64,000 nucleotides of DNA from Tachypleus tridentatus. Taxonomy: Eukaryota. The stretch spans positions 98,825,522 through 98,889,521 of the forward strand of contig NC_134831.1 of the NCBI RefSeq assembly GCF_004210375.1. The letters are read 5' to 3'. The notes under the pieces are model-generated. The model saw only the letters and a list, made by a program, of their open reading frames with translations, had not been told where the DNA came from and searched no databases. Below, one piece after another: positions 1 through 11,260 of this stretch; position 1 is the stretch's first letter; every line of letters starts with the position of its first letter. The position numbers and the translations under genes are program-made.

Positions 1-150
1 ACTGTACAAAAGTGTTAGAAGTAGCTTAGAAAGAAAACTATATACACATATATAGTACTGTACAAAAGTGTTAGAAGTAGCTTAGAAAGAAAACTATATA
101 CACTTATATATAGTACTGTACAAAAGTGTTAGAAGTAGTAATCCTTCCAT
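1..150. repeat. ~60-bp tandem repeat, about 2.5 copies, truncated by the window edge
   Basis: The unit actgtacaaaagtgttagaagtagcttagaaagaaaactatatacac(a/t)tatatatagt recurs at 1, 61 and 119. Confidence 0.8.
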
Positions 151-835
151 GTCATTACAAAATGTAAATTTCAACATCGTGGTAACGCTTCACTGATCCA
201 TGTTGACATGAGCCAGGGTGAGAATACTTATCATTCGTTATAATTAACATAAACTTGTACCAAGGGAATATCATAAGGGTTCTGCTTGAATGAAAAGATC
301 GATCATATTTAGGGTCTAAAATAACTGCCATAGTTAGCATATGGTTCCAATATATACTAAAAGAAATCAACTTAATAGCAGTGCATAAAAAACCTTGATA
401 GAAAACAAAAAAAGCAATATTGGACACTATATATTAAGTTTGTTGTCATTCCACGTCTCAAAAAGTGTAGAGAATTATCAATGTAACAAAGGGTTCACAT
501 GATAACTTCACGTGATGCTGGTTAGACTCTTCAACAAATTACTCAAGACACCCTAGATCGTGGGACTGAGACAGATACATTTGAATACATGAAAGGAAGA
601 GACAAAACAACTTAACTAAATAATGATACTGATGTTTATGCAGCCTTCGGGTCAGAAGGAAGACTTCTTCTGATCTCAAGCATTGTATAATCAATAATGT
701 ACCAAAAGACAGAAAAGTGTCCAAACCTACAGTATCAAGACAATTCAATTAGAATAGAATATTTAGTCATGTAGCAGTAAGAAAAACATTACTTAGATCT
801 CCAAACATTGTCAAGAGACTGAAAATTGCTAAAAG

Positions 836-1420
836 TACAAAAACTGGACTGTTGATTTCTGGAGAAGAATGCTATGGACGAAAAAGTCCAAGCTGTATGT
901 ACGACAGAAGAAAGGTGAAAGGTATTTACCTGAACGTATAGCACCAACCATAAGTCATGGGAAAGGTATTGCGATGGTTTGGGGTGCTGAGGCACAGGAG
1001 GTATTTACAAAATAGATGGAACAATGATCCACCGCAAGTACCATAAGGGAGTGATCTATTATGGTGCACCCAGTGGTTTGCATTTTATCGGCGAAGGATT
1101 CTACTAACAAGACGATAATGATCACAAACACTCATCTAACCTGTACAGAAATTACGTATCTGAGAAGGAAGCTGCTGGAGTAATCTAAATAATGCATTGG
1201 TCCTCATAGGATCCCAATCTCAACCCAATTGAGCAGATCTGGGATGTAATGAATCAAAATAATAACAAATCAACAGTTATTTCCAAAGAAATTTTATGAA
1301 AGTGTATTAGAGACATTTGAAGTAAAACCCCAAAGGACACTTTGATTAAATATGTTGAAACAATGCCTGAAAGACTGTCCGCAGTTATTAAAGATAAATG
1401 GGGACACACAACATATTAAT
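836..1420 (+). mobile_element. Tc1/mariner-family transposase pseudogene fragment (DDE region, multiple stops and frameshifts)
   Basis: Three-frame translation gives ERIAPTISHGKGIAMVWGA, then IDGTMIHRKYHKGV, then QDDNDHKHSSNLYRNY ... MHWSS*DPNLNPIEQIWDVMNQ. These match the Tc1 transposase motifs (PTVKHGGGSVMVWGCF, FQQDNDPKHTS, WPSQSPDLNPIENLW), but they are spread over different frames and interrupted by stop codons. Confidence 0.75.
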
Positions 1421-1599
1421 TATTTTCTGAACTCAAGCAGTTCCACTGAGTTTCTAGTTATGAACATTAATAAAATTTTACTATTTCACCTGTGATGTAC
1501 CTTCATGTTGTTCTCTGAAAGTATCCTCAAATCTCTAATGTTTGATTCTGTCTTAACACTTTTGCACAGTACTCCATATTAGATTCGAGCTTGATATAT

Positions 1600-1885
1600 A
1601 ACGGTCTAGGTCACATCAGCTTACAGAGGCAACAACCAACTTAATTTTATAGGTCGTATCAGCCTACAGGGGCAAAAACTATTTTAATTGTGTAGGTCGC
1701 ATCAGCCTACAGAAATAAAAACTGTCTTAACTACAAAGGTCACATCATCTTACAGGATCAACAGCTATCTTAACTCAATAGGCCACATCATCTTATAGGG
1801 TCAACAACTATCTTAATTAGAAAGGCAACATCATCTTATAGGGTCAACACCAATCTTAACTCAATAGATCACATCATTTCTGAAG
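1600..1885. repeat. degenerate ~56-bp tandem repeat, about 5 copies
   Basis: The unit aggtcacatcagcttacagaggcaacaaccaacttaat is repeated with point divergence (aggtcgtatcagcctacagg..., aggtcgcatcagcctacag..., ggccacatcatcttatagg...). Confidence 0.6.
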
Positions 1886-2397
1886 ATTTGTGAAATCTTC
1901 TATTTACCACAGAGCCAACTGAGTCAGACATGTTCATGAAATAGATAAATCAGATATACTTCAACAACTGCTGCTGGGACGTTTTGGACCAAGGTGTGAG
2001 TGATAACATTACGTTAAAGAGGCCTAGAACCCAGATAGCCATTTGTCAACTTATGTGTCGAATTAACATTTTTTTATAACTTCTTTTAGTTATTCACTCA
2101 TAACGTTTAGAGAAATATATTACAATATTAAGAAGAAGCACAACAACACGATCATTTTGAAAAATAGGAATTTTAATTAATATTTGTTATGATTTGTTTA
2201 CATAGAGTGGATGCCACAGGTGTTATAATGGTCGACTAGCGTGTAAAAATTTCAAATTCTGTTCAACTCGGTTTTTACTTCAATTTGTTTATCATTATAT
2301 TTATCTTATAATAAGTTCATTATAATATTTAAAAACACTTTTAATATTCGAAAAAATAAGAATAGCAGTATGTTTGTGAGTTAAGCACAAAGTTATA

Positions 2398-2487
2398 TAA
2401 TGGGCTATCTGTGGTCTGCCTACCGCGGGTATCGAAACCCGATTTTAGTGTGTAAGTCCGCAGACATACCACTGTGCCACTGGGGGG
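2398..2487 (-). mobile_element. short tRNA-derived SINE, family B (tRNA-Ala-like head)
   Basis: The reverse complement reads ccccccagtggcacagtggtatgtctgcgga...aaaatcgggtttcgatacccgcggtaggcagaccacagatagccc. It has the same architecture as the copies at 8470, 25565, 54575 and 59225: a GGGGG..CAGTGG tRNA-like 5 prime end, a GGTTTCGAT T-loop-like box, and a cagatagccc tail module. Confidence 0.55.
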
Positions 2488-2632
2488 CTACAAATATGTA
2501 TTAACTAATGGATAATATCATATTATATAATGAACATCAGTGACTGTATGTAAAAAAACAATCAAAGCAACAAATAACGTTACCGTAGGCGGAAAGCATC
2601 ATTAATAACGTACTGTGACGCCCTTTTTACTA

Positions 2633-2793
2633 AAAATAGTTATGGCTTCGTGAATTTGCCCCTCGCCATAAAATCCATTGCCTTTGCTGTCACAATTAAT
2701 AAATCACAGGGTCAGACATTTGACGATATAGGAGTATTTTCTCGAGATCAGACTTTATTGTATGGTTCAGTCTGTAAGATTTTATGAAGAGTC
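2633..2793 (+). mobile_element. Helitron/PIF1-like helicase C-terminal fragment (remnant)
   Basis: The in-frame translation YGFVNLPLAIKSIAFAVTINKSQGQTFDDIGVFSRDQTLLYGSVCKIL* resembles the conserved helicase C-terminal motif of PIF1/Helitron proteins (LPL..A.A.TIHKSQGQT.D.VGV ... FSHGQLYVALSRV). It is a short isolated fragment followed by a stop codon. Confidence 0.45.
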
Positions 2794-4058
2794 AAAATTA
2801 TAGTCAAGGACAACAGACATAGAAAAACACGAGGTTTTGTGAAATTCTAGAAAAAAAAAATTTACATTTTTTTCTATATGTATGACATTACTACATTATA
2901 ATTACTTTCTAGAAAGCGTGTTCATGAAACATTTATTTACATGTAACTGTTAGAAAAAAAGTACATAAGCATTTGCCGTCATATGACAGGCAATCAACTA
3001 GTTGGGTATGATGTTTTATATAGACATTACGTACTTAGTAACTATCAATAAAAAACATATCTCTGTCTAAAGTACATTTGTTTTACTCACGTTAAAAAAG
3101 TCCCACTTGATTTCCACAGATTATCCTTGATTATTATGATAAGTTTAAGAGTTGAAAGTCCCAAGATTTACGACTCTTTGTTTTGATTTATCAACAGTTC
3201 CAAAAAATGACCTCTTAAGTATTTATAAAAACCTTCATCTTTGTTACAGAAACGTTAACAGGGCACTAGGTTATGCCAGTAGATCGAAGTCATATTGTTT
3301 ACACTTTTTAGGTGTGATATTTATTTTGTTAAGTACTAAAGAAATTCGTGTTATTTTAAAGTAATATTATCGTTGTAATGGTTAAGATTATGCTAGCTGT
3401 AGCTCTGCGATAAGATTTTTTCAACGGAAATGTGTGGAAATCTGTGTACGATAATTCAAACTACAAAATCGTTTAATTATCTCACGTTTATTTTTAATCT
3501 ATATTCTTAAGTTAATTATGCCAGAAAAAACTTCTACAGTTACTGTTACATGAAATTGTTTTTCGTTCAATGTGAAAAAACAACAAAAAATATGAGCAGT
3601 TAACATGATTTTTATTTTAACTTTTAGGCCTATTGGATTCTAATGCTTTTCCAGCTTTCAGCGTGACTTTAAAAATATTTTCATGTTTTTATCCTAGTTT
3701 TAATAATACTCAAAAGATGGCGTTCGATTAATAATCACGTGGCACGTAGCACTCTGGTATATATAATGGATAGTAGAGGATTGAAGCTTCAGAATGTAAG
3801 GTACGAATGGAGATGTTGAATGTACGTAGTAGAGTAATGTGTGCGTTGTTTTCTAAGTCTGGCATGATGATTATGAGTTTGACACATAGACTGGTTACTC
3901 TTCTGTTACTTAAAAGTTGTTGAAGAGTAGAATTGCTAAGCCTATAATTTTCAGTGCTAGACTGGGTGTGTTGGAATTTTATCGATACGTACCGAGGTAT
4001 AATCGATCGTTCTGAATGTAGCAAGCAACCGAGGCCTGAGAAGTTAGATAAGAAGACC

Positions 4059-4732
4059 ATGGCAAATGAAGAAACGATAGAAGTAAGTGGACGTGTTGAA
4101 TGTCGAGAGGTAGAATTTCATGCGATGCATTTGGAACCACGATCTTTTCGACCTTTCAAGTCTAGTGAAGAGTACTTGTATGCCATGAAGGAAGACCTCG
4201 CTGACTGGTTAAACACCCTATACGGTTTGTCCATCACCGCCGAAACTTTTCTAGATAGCTTAGAAACGGGAGTTATTCTCTGTCGGCATGCAAATCACGT
4301 CGTCAGGGTAGCCAGAGATTGGCGGCACTCTTGCCAGGATAGCCTTAATATTACAATCCCGGAACGCGACATAGTGTACCGTAATGACGTCCAACCCGGC
4401 ACGTTTCATGCTCGAGACAACGTCTCCAACTTTATCACATGGTGTAGGGTCTCTCGATCATGGAATGCTTGCTCTTCGAGACAGACGACTTGGTATTAAG
4501 GAAGAATGAGAAAAGCTTTGTCCTTTGTCTGCTAGAAGTGGCTCGACGGTGTTCAAAATTCGGAATGCCCGCGCCACTGTTGGTGCAGATGGAAGATGAA
4601 ATTGATGCGGAGTTAGCCAAAGCTGGGTTCGAGTCTGATGGGCACGAGGCTGATGACGACTCTGATACGTCGGGGGTTGGAGAACCACCACCTCAAATAG
4701 TCACCAACGATCTTCGAAGTCTTCACGAAAGG
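4059..4732 (+). CDS. GAS2-like protein, first coding exon: calponin-homology (CH) domain plus acidic linker. Contains an apparent 1-nt frameshift near 4446-4449.
   Basis: The ATG at 4059-4061 sits in a good Kozak context (aagaccATGg). Translation gives MANEETIEV...[52 protein letters not shown]...[17 protein letters not shown] (frame 0). It then continues in the +2 frame as [58 protein letters not shown]...LRSLHER. The match to the GAS2/GAS2L CH domain (YLLPMKEDLALWL...LCQLA...[45 protein letters not shown]...LIKLEKEIEQE) is strong on both sides of the shift. The exon ends at a consensus donor AGG|GTAAGA (GT at 4733-4734) in phase 0. A possible acceptor (cctataattttcAG at 3953-3954) upstream suggests a 5 prime UTR exon boundary. 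Confidence 0.8.
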
Positions 4733-4902
4733 GTAAGAAAAAAGAAAACTGTAGTTTCGGAATGGTAATAAACAATACATAAGTTAAATTATTGTAATTT
4801 GTAAAGAACGAATTTCACATATACGAAATACGATTTATCTAGAACAAGGTAAATATGAAAACTGTTTGTTGCTCAGTGTCAACAGTTTTCATTGACAGAG
4901 AA

Positions 4903-5178
4903 AAGCGGCCCGGCATGACCAGGTGGCTATGGCACTCGACTCGTAATCCGTGAGTCGCGGGTTCGAATCCCCGTTTTACCAAACATGCTCGCCCTTTCAG
5001 CCGTGGGGCGTTATAATGTGACGGTAAATCACACTATTAGCTGGTAAGAGTAACCCAAGAGTTGGCTGTGGGTGGTGATGACTAGCTGACTTCCCTGCAG
5101 TCTTGCACTGATAAATTAGAGACTGCTAGCGCAGATAGCCCTCGTGTAGCTTTGCGCGAAACTCAAAACAAACCACGT
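4903..5178 (+). mobile_element. SINE family A copy (~270 bp, tRNA-derived)
   Basis: The head ggcccggcatgaccaggtggctatggcactcgactcgtaatccgtgagtcgcgggttcgaatcc carries an A-box-like TGGCCAGGTGG and a B-box/T-loop GGTTCGAATCC. The body reads gtcaatcccactattcgttggtaagagtagcccaagagttggcggtgggtggtgatgactagctgccttccctc. The tail reads gcgcagatagccctcgtgtagctttgcgcgaaa(c/t)tcaaaacaaa. Confidence 0.85.
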
Positions 5179-6391
5179 CTTATATCATCCTTGTAGTCTT
5201 CTGTCTTATTCTTTCGTCCATTTATAGCTGTCGAACCGCTTGATCGATTGCGAACACTTAAGAACACGACTTTCAAAGTTTTTTATGAAAACAGAAATCT
5301 CGGAAAGCGGAGTTTCAAAGTTAAAACTGTTCTGAAGCAACAACTGCGAAAGAGACCACTTCCCTACCCAAAAAAAAACACAGTAAACGCTACGATAATG
5401 TTAAACGTACCTTCTGGTACCGTTAACAAGACAATATACAATAATTTGTAAGTGACGGAAACTCAGGTTGTTAGCTACATCTGGAAATCAGCAGTTAGTC
5501 CAATAAACTAAAACACAACGATCCAGTTTGACCATATACTTTGACCACGTATGTCTTAATTTTTGGTTAAATGTAGGTGACCTCCAGTAAAAGGTCAATG
5601 GACAGTTTGTCAAGAAGTGTGGTTTAAAATAGATTTGATCGTTCGTTACAGAAGCTTGTTGAAAAATAAACTGGTGTTGGGTAATTATGGCCACCAGGTT
5701 TAGCAGCATCTGTAATGGAGTTCAAAGTGCATTTCAGTTCATTGTTCACATAAATATTGAATATCTCTGTTCATGCCTTTTCCTGGCCAATTTATTCTTA
5801 TTACACACCCGGCTCTCGTTTCATACGTACTGAAACCGTTTATCTGTCTGAATACATAACTTTAAACTTTTTTTCCAAACATGTTATGGAGCAACCCATT
5901 TGGAATACGTGGGTCATTTCAAAAACAAAACTGTATATTTTTGGAAGCATAGAAAAAATAAATGTACTCTAATATTTCAGCAACAAATATTCAGATTACA
6001 CGATTACAACTGCTTCTTCAACTCTGTTTAAATAGAAATTATTTCCCAGGGTAGGAATTGTAATTTTATAAACCATACATCGATTAAAATGTGCAATGAA
6101 ACGTATGTTTAAGTATTCTTTACTTTCCCTATTTTTTATCGTTAAACATTGTGTGTCATATTACCACTGTGAATATATCGGTGATATGTAGAACGTGTAT
6201 TATTGTAATTTTATTTTATTAACCATATAACTTCTTTCTTATACGGTGGTGTAACAAATGGACAGGCAGGAAGTAAGTGGAGAGGGAAAGAAACCATAAG
6301 ATAGATTTATAATCTTTACATCGGTAGTAAATAAGTTAAATCGGTAGCTGGGTATATGTTTAAGATGTATACAAGTTCTCTGAAATTTGTT

Positions 6392-6642
6392 TGTTTTGAA
6401 TTTCGCGCAAAGCTACTCGAGGGCTATCTGCGTTAGCCGTCCCTAATTTAGCAGTGTAAGACTAGTCATCACCACTCACCGCCAACTCTTGGGCTACTCT
6501 TTATCAACGAATGTGATTCACCGTAATATTATAACGCCCCCACAGCTCAAAGGGCGAGCATATTTGGTGCGACCGGTATTCGAACCCGCGACCCTCGGAT
6601 TACGAGTCGAACGCCTTAACACGCTTGGCCATGCCGGGCCGT
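6392..6642 (-). mobile_element. SINE family A copy
   Basis: Reverse complement of the family A consensus, running from tail (gaatttcgcgcaaagctactcgagggctatctgcg) to head (ggccatgccgggcc). Confidence 0.85.
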
Positions 6643-7960
6643 TCTCTGAAAGGAAAACGTACACTTCTCCGACATGCTAATTAAAGCTGCTAAGATATAC
6701 TAAAGCTTAGTGTGTTAGATTTAGGTAAGAAAGAAAGATTTTATTAAAACAGCACATAATTTCCAATGAGAGGCAAGATAAGATGAGTCACGACTCGTAG
6801 TAGATGAGTCATATTCATATGAAATAACTGTTGTAATGAAAGTTTTCTATCCGTTGCGGAAAATATATTCTAACAATGAGTTGAATGTTTATAATAATTC
6901 TAATCTCAGCCATTCCTGGGAACGAATATAGATGGTATAATAGCCGCATGTGTACTAACGTAATAATTCAGGCCTTCAGGTATATCTTTTGTCTCCTACA
7001 AGTCACTGCCAAAGATGCCTTTCGTTAGATGTTAGTTAGTTTAGCATGACAATGAGACAAGTTCACCAGAGACACTGTTCTTACATACAGTGTAGTGAGT
7101 TAAATTACGACTTGAAAGATGAAAATCACAGCTAGCGAAAAGTTCAATCTTTGTTAAAAGCAGAAAGTTAGCGAAACATTGAAATCTACTTTTTGGTTAA
7201 ATTACTTGTTGGAGATGTTTTCTTATTTTTGTTATGTTCCTCTTTAGGGATTTCATAACAGTTGGTGTGTAAAAACAGTATATGAATGAAAAACTACAAT
7301 AATGCCCTCGGTTTCTATTGTGAGAAACAATCCATGACATTGGCCTTAGAGATTCGAACAGTAAATGTTTTCTAAACGATGACCCTATCACGCGAGAAAT
7401 TTCCGTTTCGCTCGTAGTTCTGAAAATTGTTATTTGTTTTCAAATTATCTCGTGCTCTCTTCTGATTTACAAGAACTAGCACTGAAAATGTATTGAAATG
7501 CTAGATTTTCTTGGCAACACTGTTTTTATGTATTAAGTCTAACATTGTGCAAGACTTCCAAACAGAACTACGTCTAGCGAGTCTAACATTGCAACAGGAC
7601 TTCTGAAGCGGGAAACCAACTTATTAAATTGAGTTTTTACTTGGTTTTCTTTTTATTTATTTACAATGAAAAATAATGGAATTAGCCATATAAAAGATGC
7701 AATTAAAACAATCATTAACATGAATATATGTAAAAACTTAATTTTTGTTGCCATGGTGACCTGTTATACGATTTTAACAAGCGAGTTTATTCATTTAATT
7801 GGAAGAATATGTAGTTTCGGTCTCAATGGCAGCTTACCGACTCGCCAGCCAAACAGCTGGAGTTCCCTAGTCCAGTGAGCAGGCGAAAGATGGCCAGTTG
7901 TCAGCCGTAAGGGCTTTATCCATTTCGCCGAACCACATAATGAGATTGTCTAATAACGAG

Positions 7961-8165
7961 ACAACCTTGTTACTAACCAGCATGGCCAGGTGGTTACAAC
8001 CTTGTTACTAACCAGCATGGCCAGGTGGTTACAACCTTGTTACTAACCAGCATGGCCAGGTGGTTACAACCTTGTTACTAACCAGCATGGCCAGGTGGTT
8101 ACAACCTTGTTACTAACCAGCATGGCCAGGTGGTTACAACCTTGTTACTAACCTGTTTGGCCCAG
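7961..8165 (+). repeat. 35-bp tandem repeat (about 5.5 copies) built from the SINE A 5 prime head plus 16 bp of flank, fused to a full SINE
   Basis: The unit acaaccttgttactaaccagcatggccaggtggtt recurs at 7961, 7996, 8031, 8066, 8101 and 8136. The last unit runs directly into the SINE head cagcatggccaggtggttaaggcactcg at 8166. Confidence 0.85.
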
Positions 8166-8428
8166 CATGGCCAGGTGGTTAAGGCACTCGACTCGTAATC
8201 CGAGGGTCGCGGTATCGAATCCTCGTCACAAAAAACAGGCTCGCTCTTTCGGTCGTGAGGGCGTTATAATGTGACGGTCAAGACCACTGTCCGTTGGTAA
8301 AAGAATAGCCCAAGAGTTGGCGGTGGATGGTAATGACTAGCTGCCTTCCCTCTAGTCTTACAATGCTAAATTAAGGACAGCTAGCGCAGATAACTCTCGT
8401 GTAGCTTTAAGTGAAATTCAAAAAACAC
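8166..8428 (+). mobile_element. SINE family A copy
   Basis: Full head, body and tail (catggccaggtggttaaggcactcgactcgtaatccgagggtcgcggtatcgaatcc ... gcagataactctcgtgtagctttaagtgaaattcaaaaaac). Confidence 0.85.
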
Positions 8429-8469
8429 TTAAGGATGCTTTTGTACTTATGTGTTTTGTTTGTAGTTAA

Positions 8470-8560
8470 GTACAAAGGGTTTTGTGTACTGTGCCCACTA
8501 CGGGTATTGGAACCCGTTTTAAGCGTATGAATGCATAGATCTTACTACTGTTCCACAGGG
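8470..8560 (-). mobile_element. SINE family B copy
   Basis: gtgcccactacgggtattggaacccgttttaagcgtatgaatgcatagatcttactactgttccacaggggc is collinear with the 2398-2487 copy. Confidence 0.5.
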
Positions 8561-8689
8561 GCATGAGTTAGGGATAATTTCATCTTTTGAAAGTTAAGTT
8601 TTAGAATTTAATTCAATAGAAATGGCATACGCTTTTTATTTGAACAGTTTCTCTGGATAATAGAACGCAAGTGTTGGTAATTGAAATAA

Positions 8690-10920
8690 AAACTTTTGAA
8701 AAATTACTGTTAAGTCATAGCAACCAAACGGTACAGAAATATCATGTTTCTGTTTATTTAATAACTTTTGAAAAATCACTGTTAAGTCATAGCAACCAAA
8801 CGGTAGAGAAATATCATGTTTCTGTTTATTTAATAACTTTTGAAAAATCACTGTTAAGTCATAGCAACCAAACGGTAGAGAAATATAATGTTTCTGTTTA
8901 TTTAATAACTTGTGAAAAATCACTGTTAAGTCATAGCAACCAAACGGTAGAGAAATATCATGTTTCTGTTTATTTAATAACTTGTGAAAAATCACTGTTA
9001 AGTCATAGCAACCAAACGGTAGAGAAATATCATGTTTCTGTTTATTTAATAGCTTTTGAAAAATCACTGTTAAGTCATAGCAACCAAACGGTAGAGAAAT
9101 ATCATGTTTCTGTTTATTTACTAGCTTGTGAAAAATCACTGTTAAGTCATAGCAACCAAACGGTAGAGAAATATCATGTTTCTGTTTATTTACTAGCTTT
9201 TGAAAAATCACTGTTAAGTCATAGCAACCAAACGGTAGAGAAATATCATGTTTCTGTTTATTTACTAGCTTTTGAAAAATCACTGTTAAGTCATAGCAAC
9301 CAAACGGTAGAGAAATATCATGTTTCTGTTTATTTACTAGCTTTTGAAAAATCACTGTTAAGTCATAGCAACCAAACGGTAGAGAAATATCATGTTTCTG
9401 TTTATTTACTAGCTTGTGAAAAATCACTGTTAAGTCATAGCAACCAAACGGTAGAGAAATATCATGTTTCTGTTTATTTACTAGCTTTTGAAAAATCACT
9501 GTTAAGTCATAGCAACCAAACGGTAGAGAAATATCATGTTTCTGTTTATTTACTAGCTTTTGAAAAATCACTGTTAAGTCATAGCAACCAAACGGTAGAG
9601 AAATATCATGTTTCTGTTTATTTACTAGCTTTTGAAAAATCACTGTTAAGTCATAGCAACCAAACGGTAGAGAAATATCATGTTTCTGTTTATTTACTAG
9701 CTTTTGAAAAATCACTGTTAAGTCATAGCAACCAAACGGTAGAGAAATATCATGTTTCTGTTTATTTACTAGCTTGTGAAAAATCACTGTTAAGTCATAG
9801 CAACCAAACGGTAGAGAAATATCATGTTTCTGTTTATTTACTAGCTTTTGAAAAATCACTGTTAAGTCATAGCAACCAAACGGTAGAGAAATATCATGTT
9901 TCTGTTTATTTACTAGCTTGTGAAAAATCACTGTTAAGTCATAGCAACCAAACGGTAGAGAAATATCATGTTTCTGTTTATTTACTAGCTTGTGAAAAAT
10001 CACTGTTAAGTCATAGCAACCAAACGGTAGAGAAATATCATGTTTCTGTTTATTTACTAGCTTGTGAAAAATCACTGTTAAGTCATAGCAACCAAACGGT
10101 AGAGAAATATCATGTTTCTGTTTATTTACTAGCTTGTGAAAAATCACTGTTAAGTCATAGCAACCAAACGGTAGAGAAATATCATGTTTCTGTTTATTTA
10201 CTAGCTTGTGAAAAATCACTGTTAAGTCATAGCAACCAAACGGTAGAGAAATATCATGTTTCTGTTTATTTACTAGCTTTTGAAAAATCACTGTTAAGTC
10301 ATAGCAACCAAACGGTAGAGAAATATCATGTTTCTGTTTATTTACTAGCTTTGAAAAATCACTGTTAAGTCATAGCAACCAAACGGTAGAGAAATATCAT
10401 GTTTCTGTTTATTTACTAGCTTTTGAAAAATCACTGTTAAGTCATAGCAACCAAACGGTAGAGAAATATCATGTTTCTGTTTATTTACTAGCTTTTGAAA
10501 AATCACTGTTAAGTCATAGCAACCAAACGGTAGAGAAATATCATGTTTCTGTTTATTTACTAGCTTTTGAAAAATCACTGTTAAGTCATAGCAACCAAAC
10601 GGTAGAGAAATATCATGTTTCTGTTTATTTACTAGCTTTTGAAAAATCACTGTTAAGTCATAGCAACCAAACGGTAGAGAAATATCATGTTTCTGTTTAT
10701 TTACTAGCTTTTGAAAAATCACTGTTAAGTCATAGCAACCAAACGGTAGAGAAATATCATGTTTCTGTTTATTTACTAGCTTGTGAAAAATCACTGTTAA
10801 GTCATAGCAACCAAACGGTAGAGAAATATCATGTTTCTGTTTATTTACTAGCTTGTGAAAAATCACTGTTAAGTCATAGCAACCAAACGGTAGAGAAATA
10901 TCATGTTTCTGTTTATTTAA
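8690..10920. repeat. 72-bp satellite, about 31 tandem copies
   Basis: The exact period is 72 bp (aaaaatcact at 8771 and again at 8843). The unit is tcactgttaagtcatagcaaccaaacggtagagaaatatcatgtttctgtttatttactagcttttgaaaaa, with the variants ttttg/ttgtg and taataact/tactagct. Because 72 is divisible by 3, the tandem copies stay in frame, and this is the sole source of the long ORFs at 8636-10291, 8671-10368 and 10345-10938. Confidence 0.95.
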
Positions 10921-11149
10921 TGCGTATTTCTTTTTCATGTTTTATTCAAATATCTTGCATAAGATGGACATGTTTTGAATGGCTTAGTTTACCACGTTTT
11001 TTAAAAACTGACGAGTTTATATCTTAACGTGTGGATGAAATCAGAGCTTAGCAACTTTATCTAATGGTTAGTATAGTTGGTTGAGGATCTCGGATTTGAG
11101 ATGTATACTACCAAATATTTTCTGTTGTAGGTGTGTTATAAGAATCGCA

Positions 11150-11260
11150 GTCAATCCCATGCACTAATCGGTTAAGAGTAGCCACTTTACTCGGCAAGTG
11201 CTTTAACTGGTTGCCTTCCTTCTGGTCTGCAGTTCAGAGTCAGGCATAACTATGTATGAA
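11150..11260 (+). mobile_element. ancient diverged SINE A body fragment
   Basis: gcagtcaatcccatgcactaatcggttaagagtagccactttactcggcaagtgctttaactggttgccttccttctggtct parallels the SINE A body gtcaatcccactattcgttggtaagagtagcccaagagttggcggtg...ctagctgccttccctctagtct. Confidence 0.4.

Noticed and set aside
3755-3775. TATA-like sequence (gtatatataatgg) about 290 bp upstream of the GAS2-like ATG as the promoter
   Set aside because: AT-rich DNA yields many such matches, several upstream ATGs intervene, and a splice acceptor at 3953 suggests the true first exon and promoter lie further upstream, possibly outside the window.
3954-4058. Upstream extension of the GAS2-like ORF (MLDWVCWNFIDTYRGIIDRSECSKQPRPEKLDKKT) as coding sequence
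   Set aside because: There is no homology to GAS2 N-termini. GAS2L proteins start just before the FRPF.SSEEY motif. A strong Kozak ATG sits at 4059, and a candidate acceptor at 3953-3954 suggests this stretch is 5 prime UTR.
4905-4980. SINE A heads as possible bona fide tRNA genes
   Set aside because: Only the T-arm (GGGTTCGAATCC) and an A-box-like segment are tRNA-like. I could not fold an acceptor stem or anticodon arm. The ~270-bp unit recurs about 15 times with a common non-tRNA body and tail, so it is a SINE, not a tRNA gene.
8636-10938. Very long ORFs (551 aa on the minus strand, 565 aa on the plus strand, 197 aa on the minus strand) with a perfectly periodic 24-aa peptide
   Set aside because: They are produced entirely by the 72-bp satellite, whose period is divisible by 3. 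Both strands are open, there is no start or stop context, and the 'protein' is a literal 24-aa repeat. Not coding.
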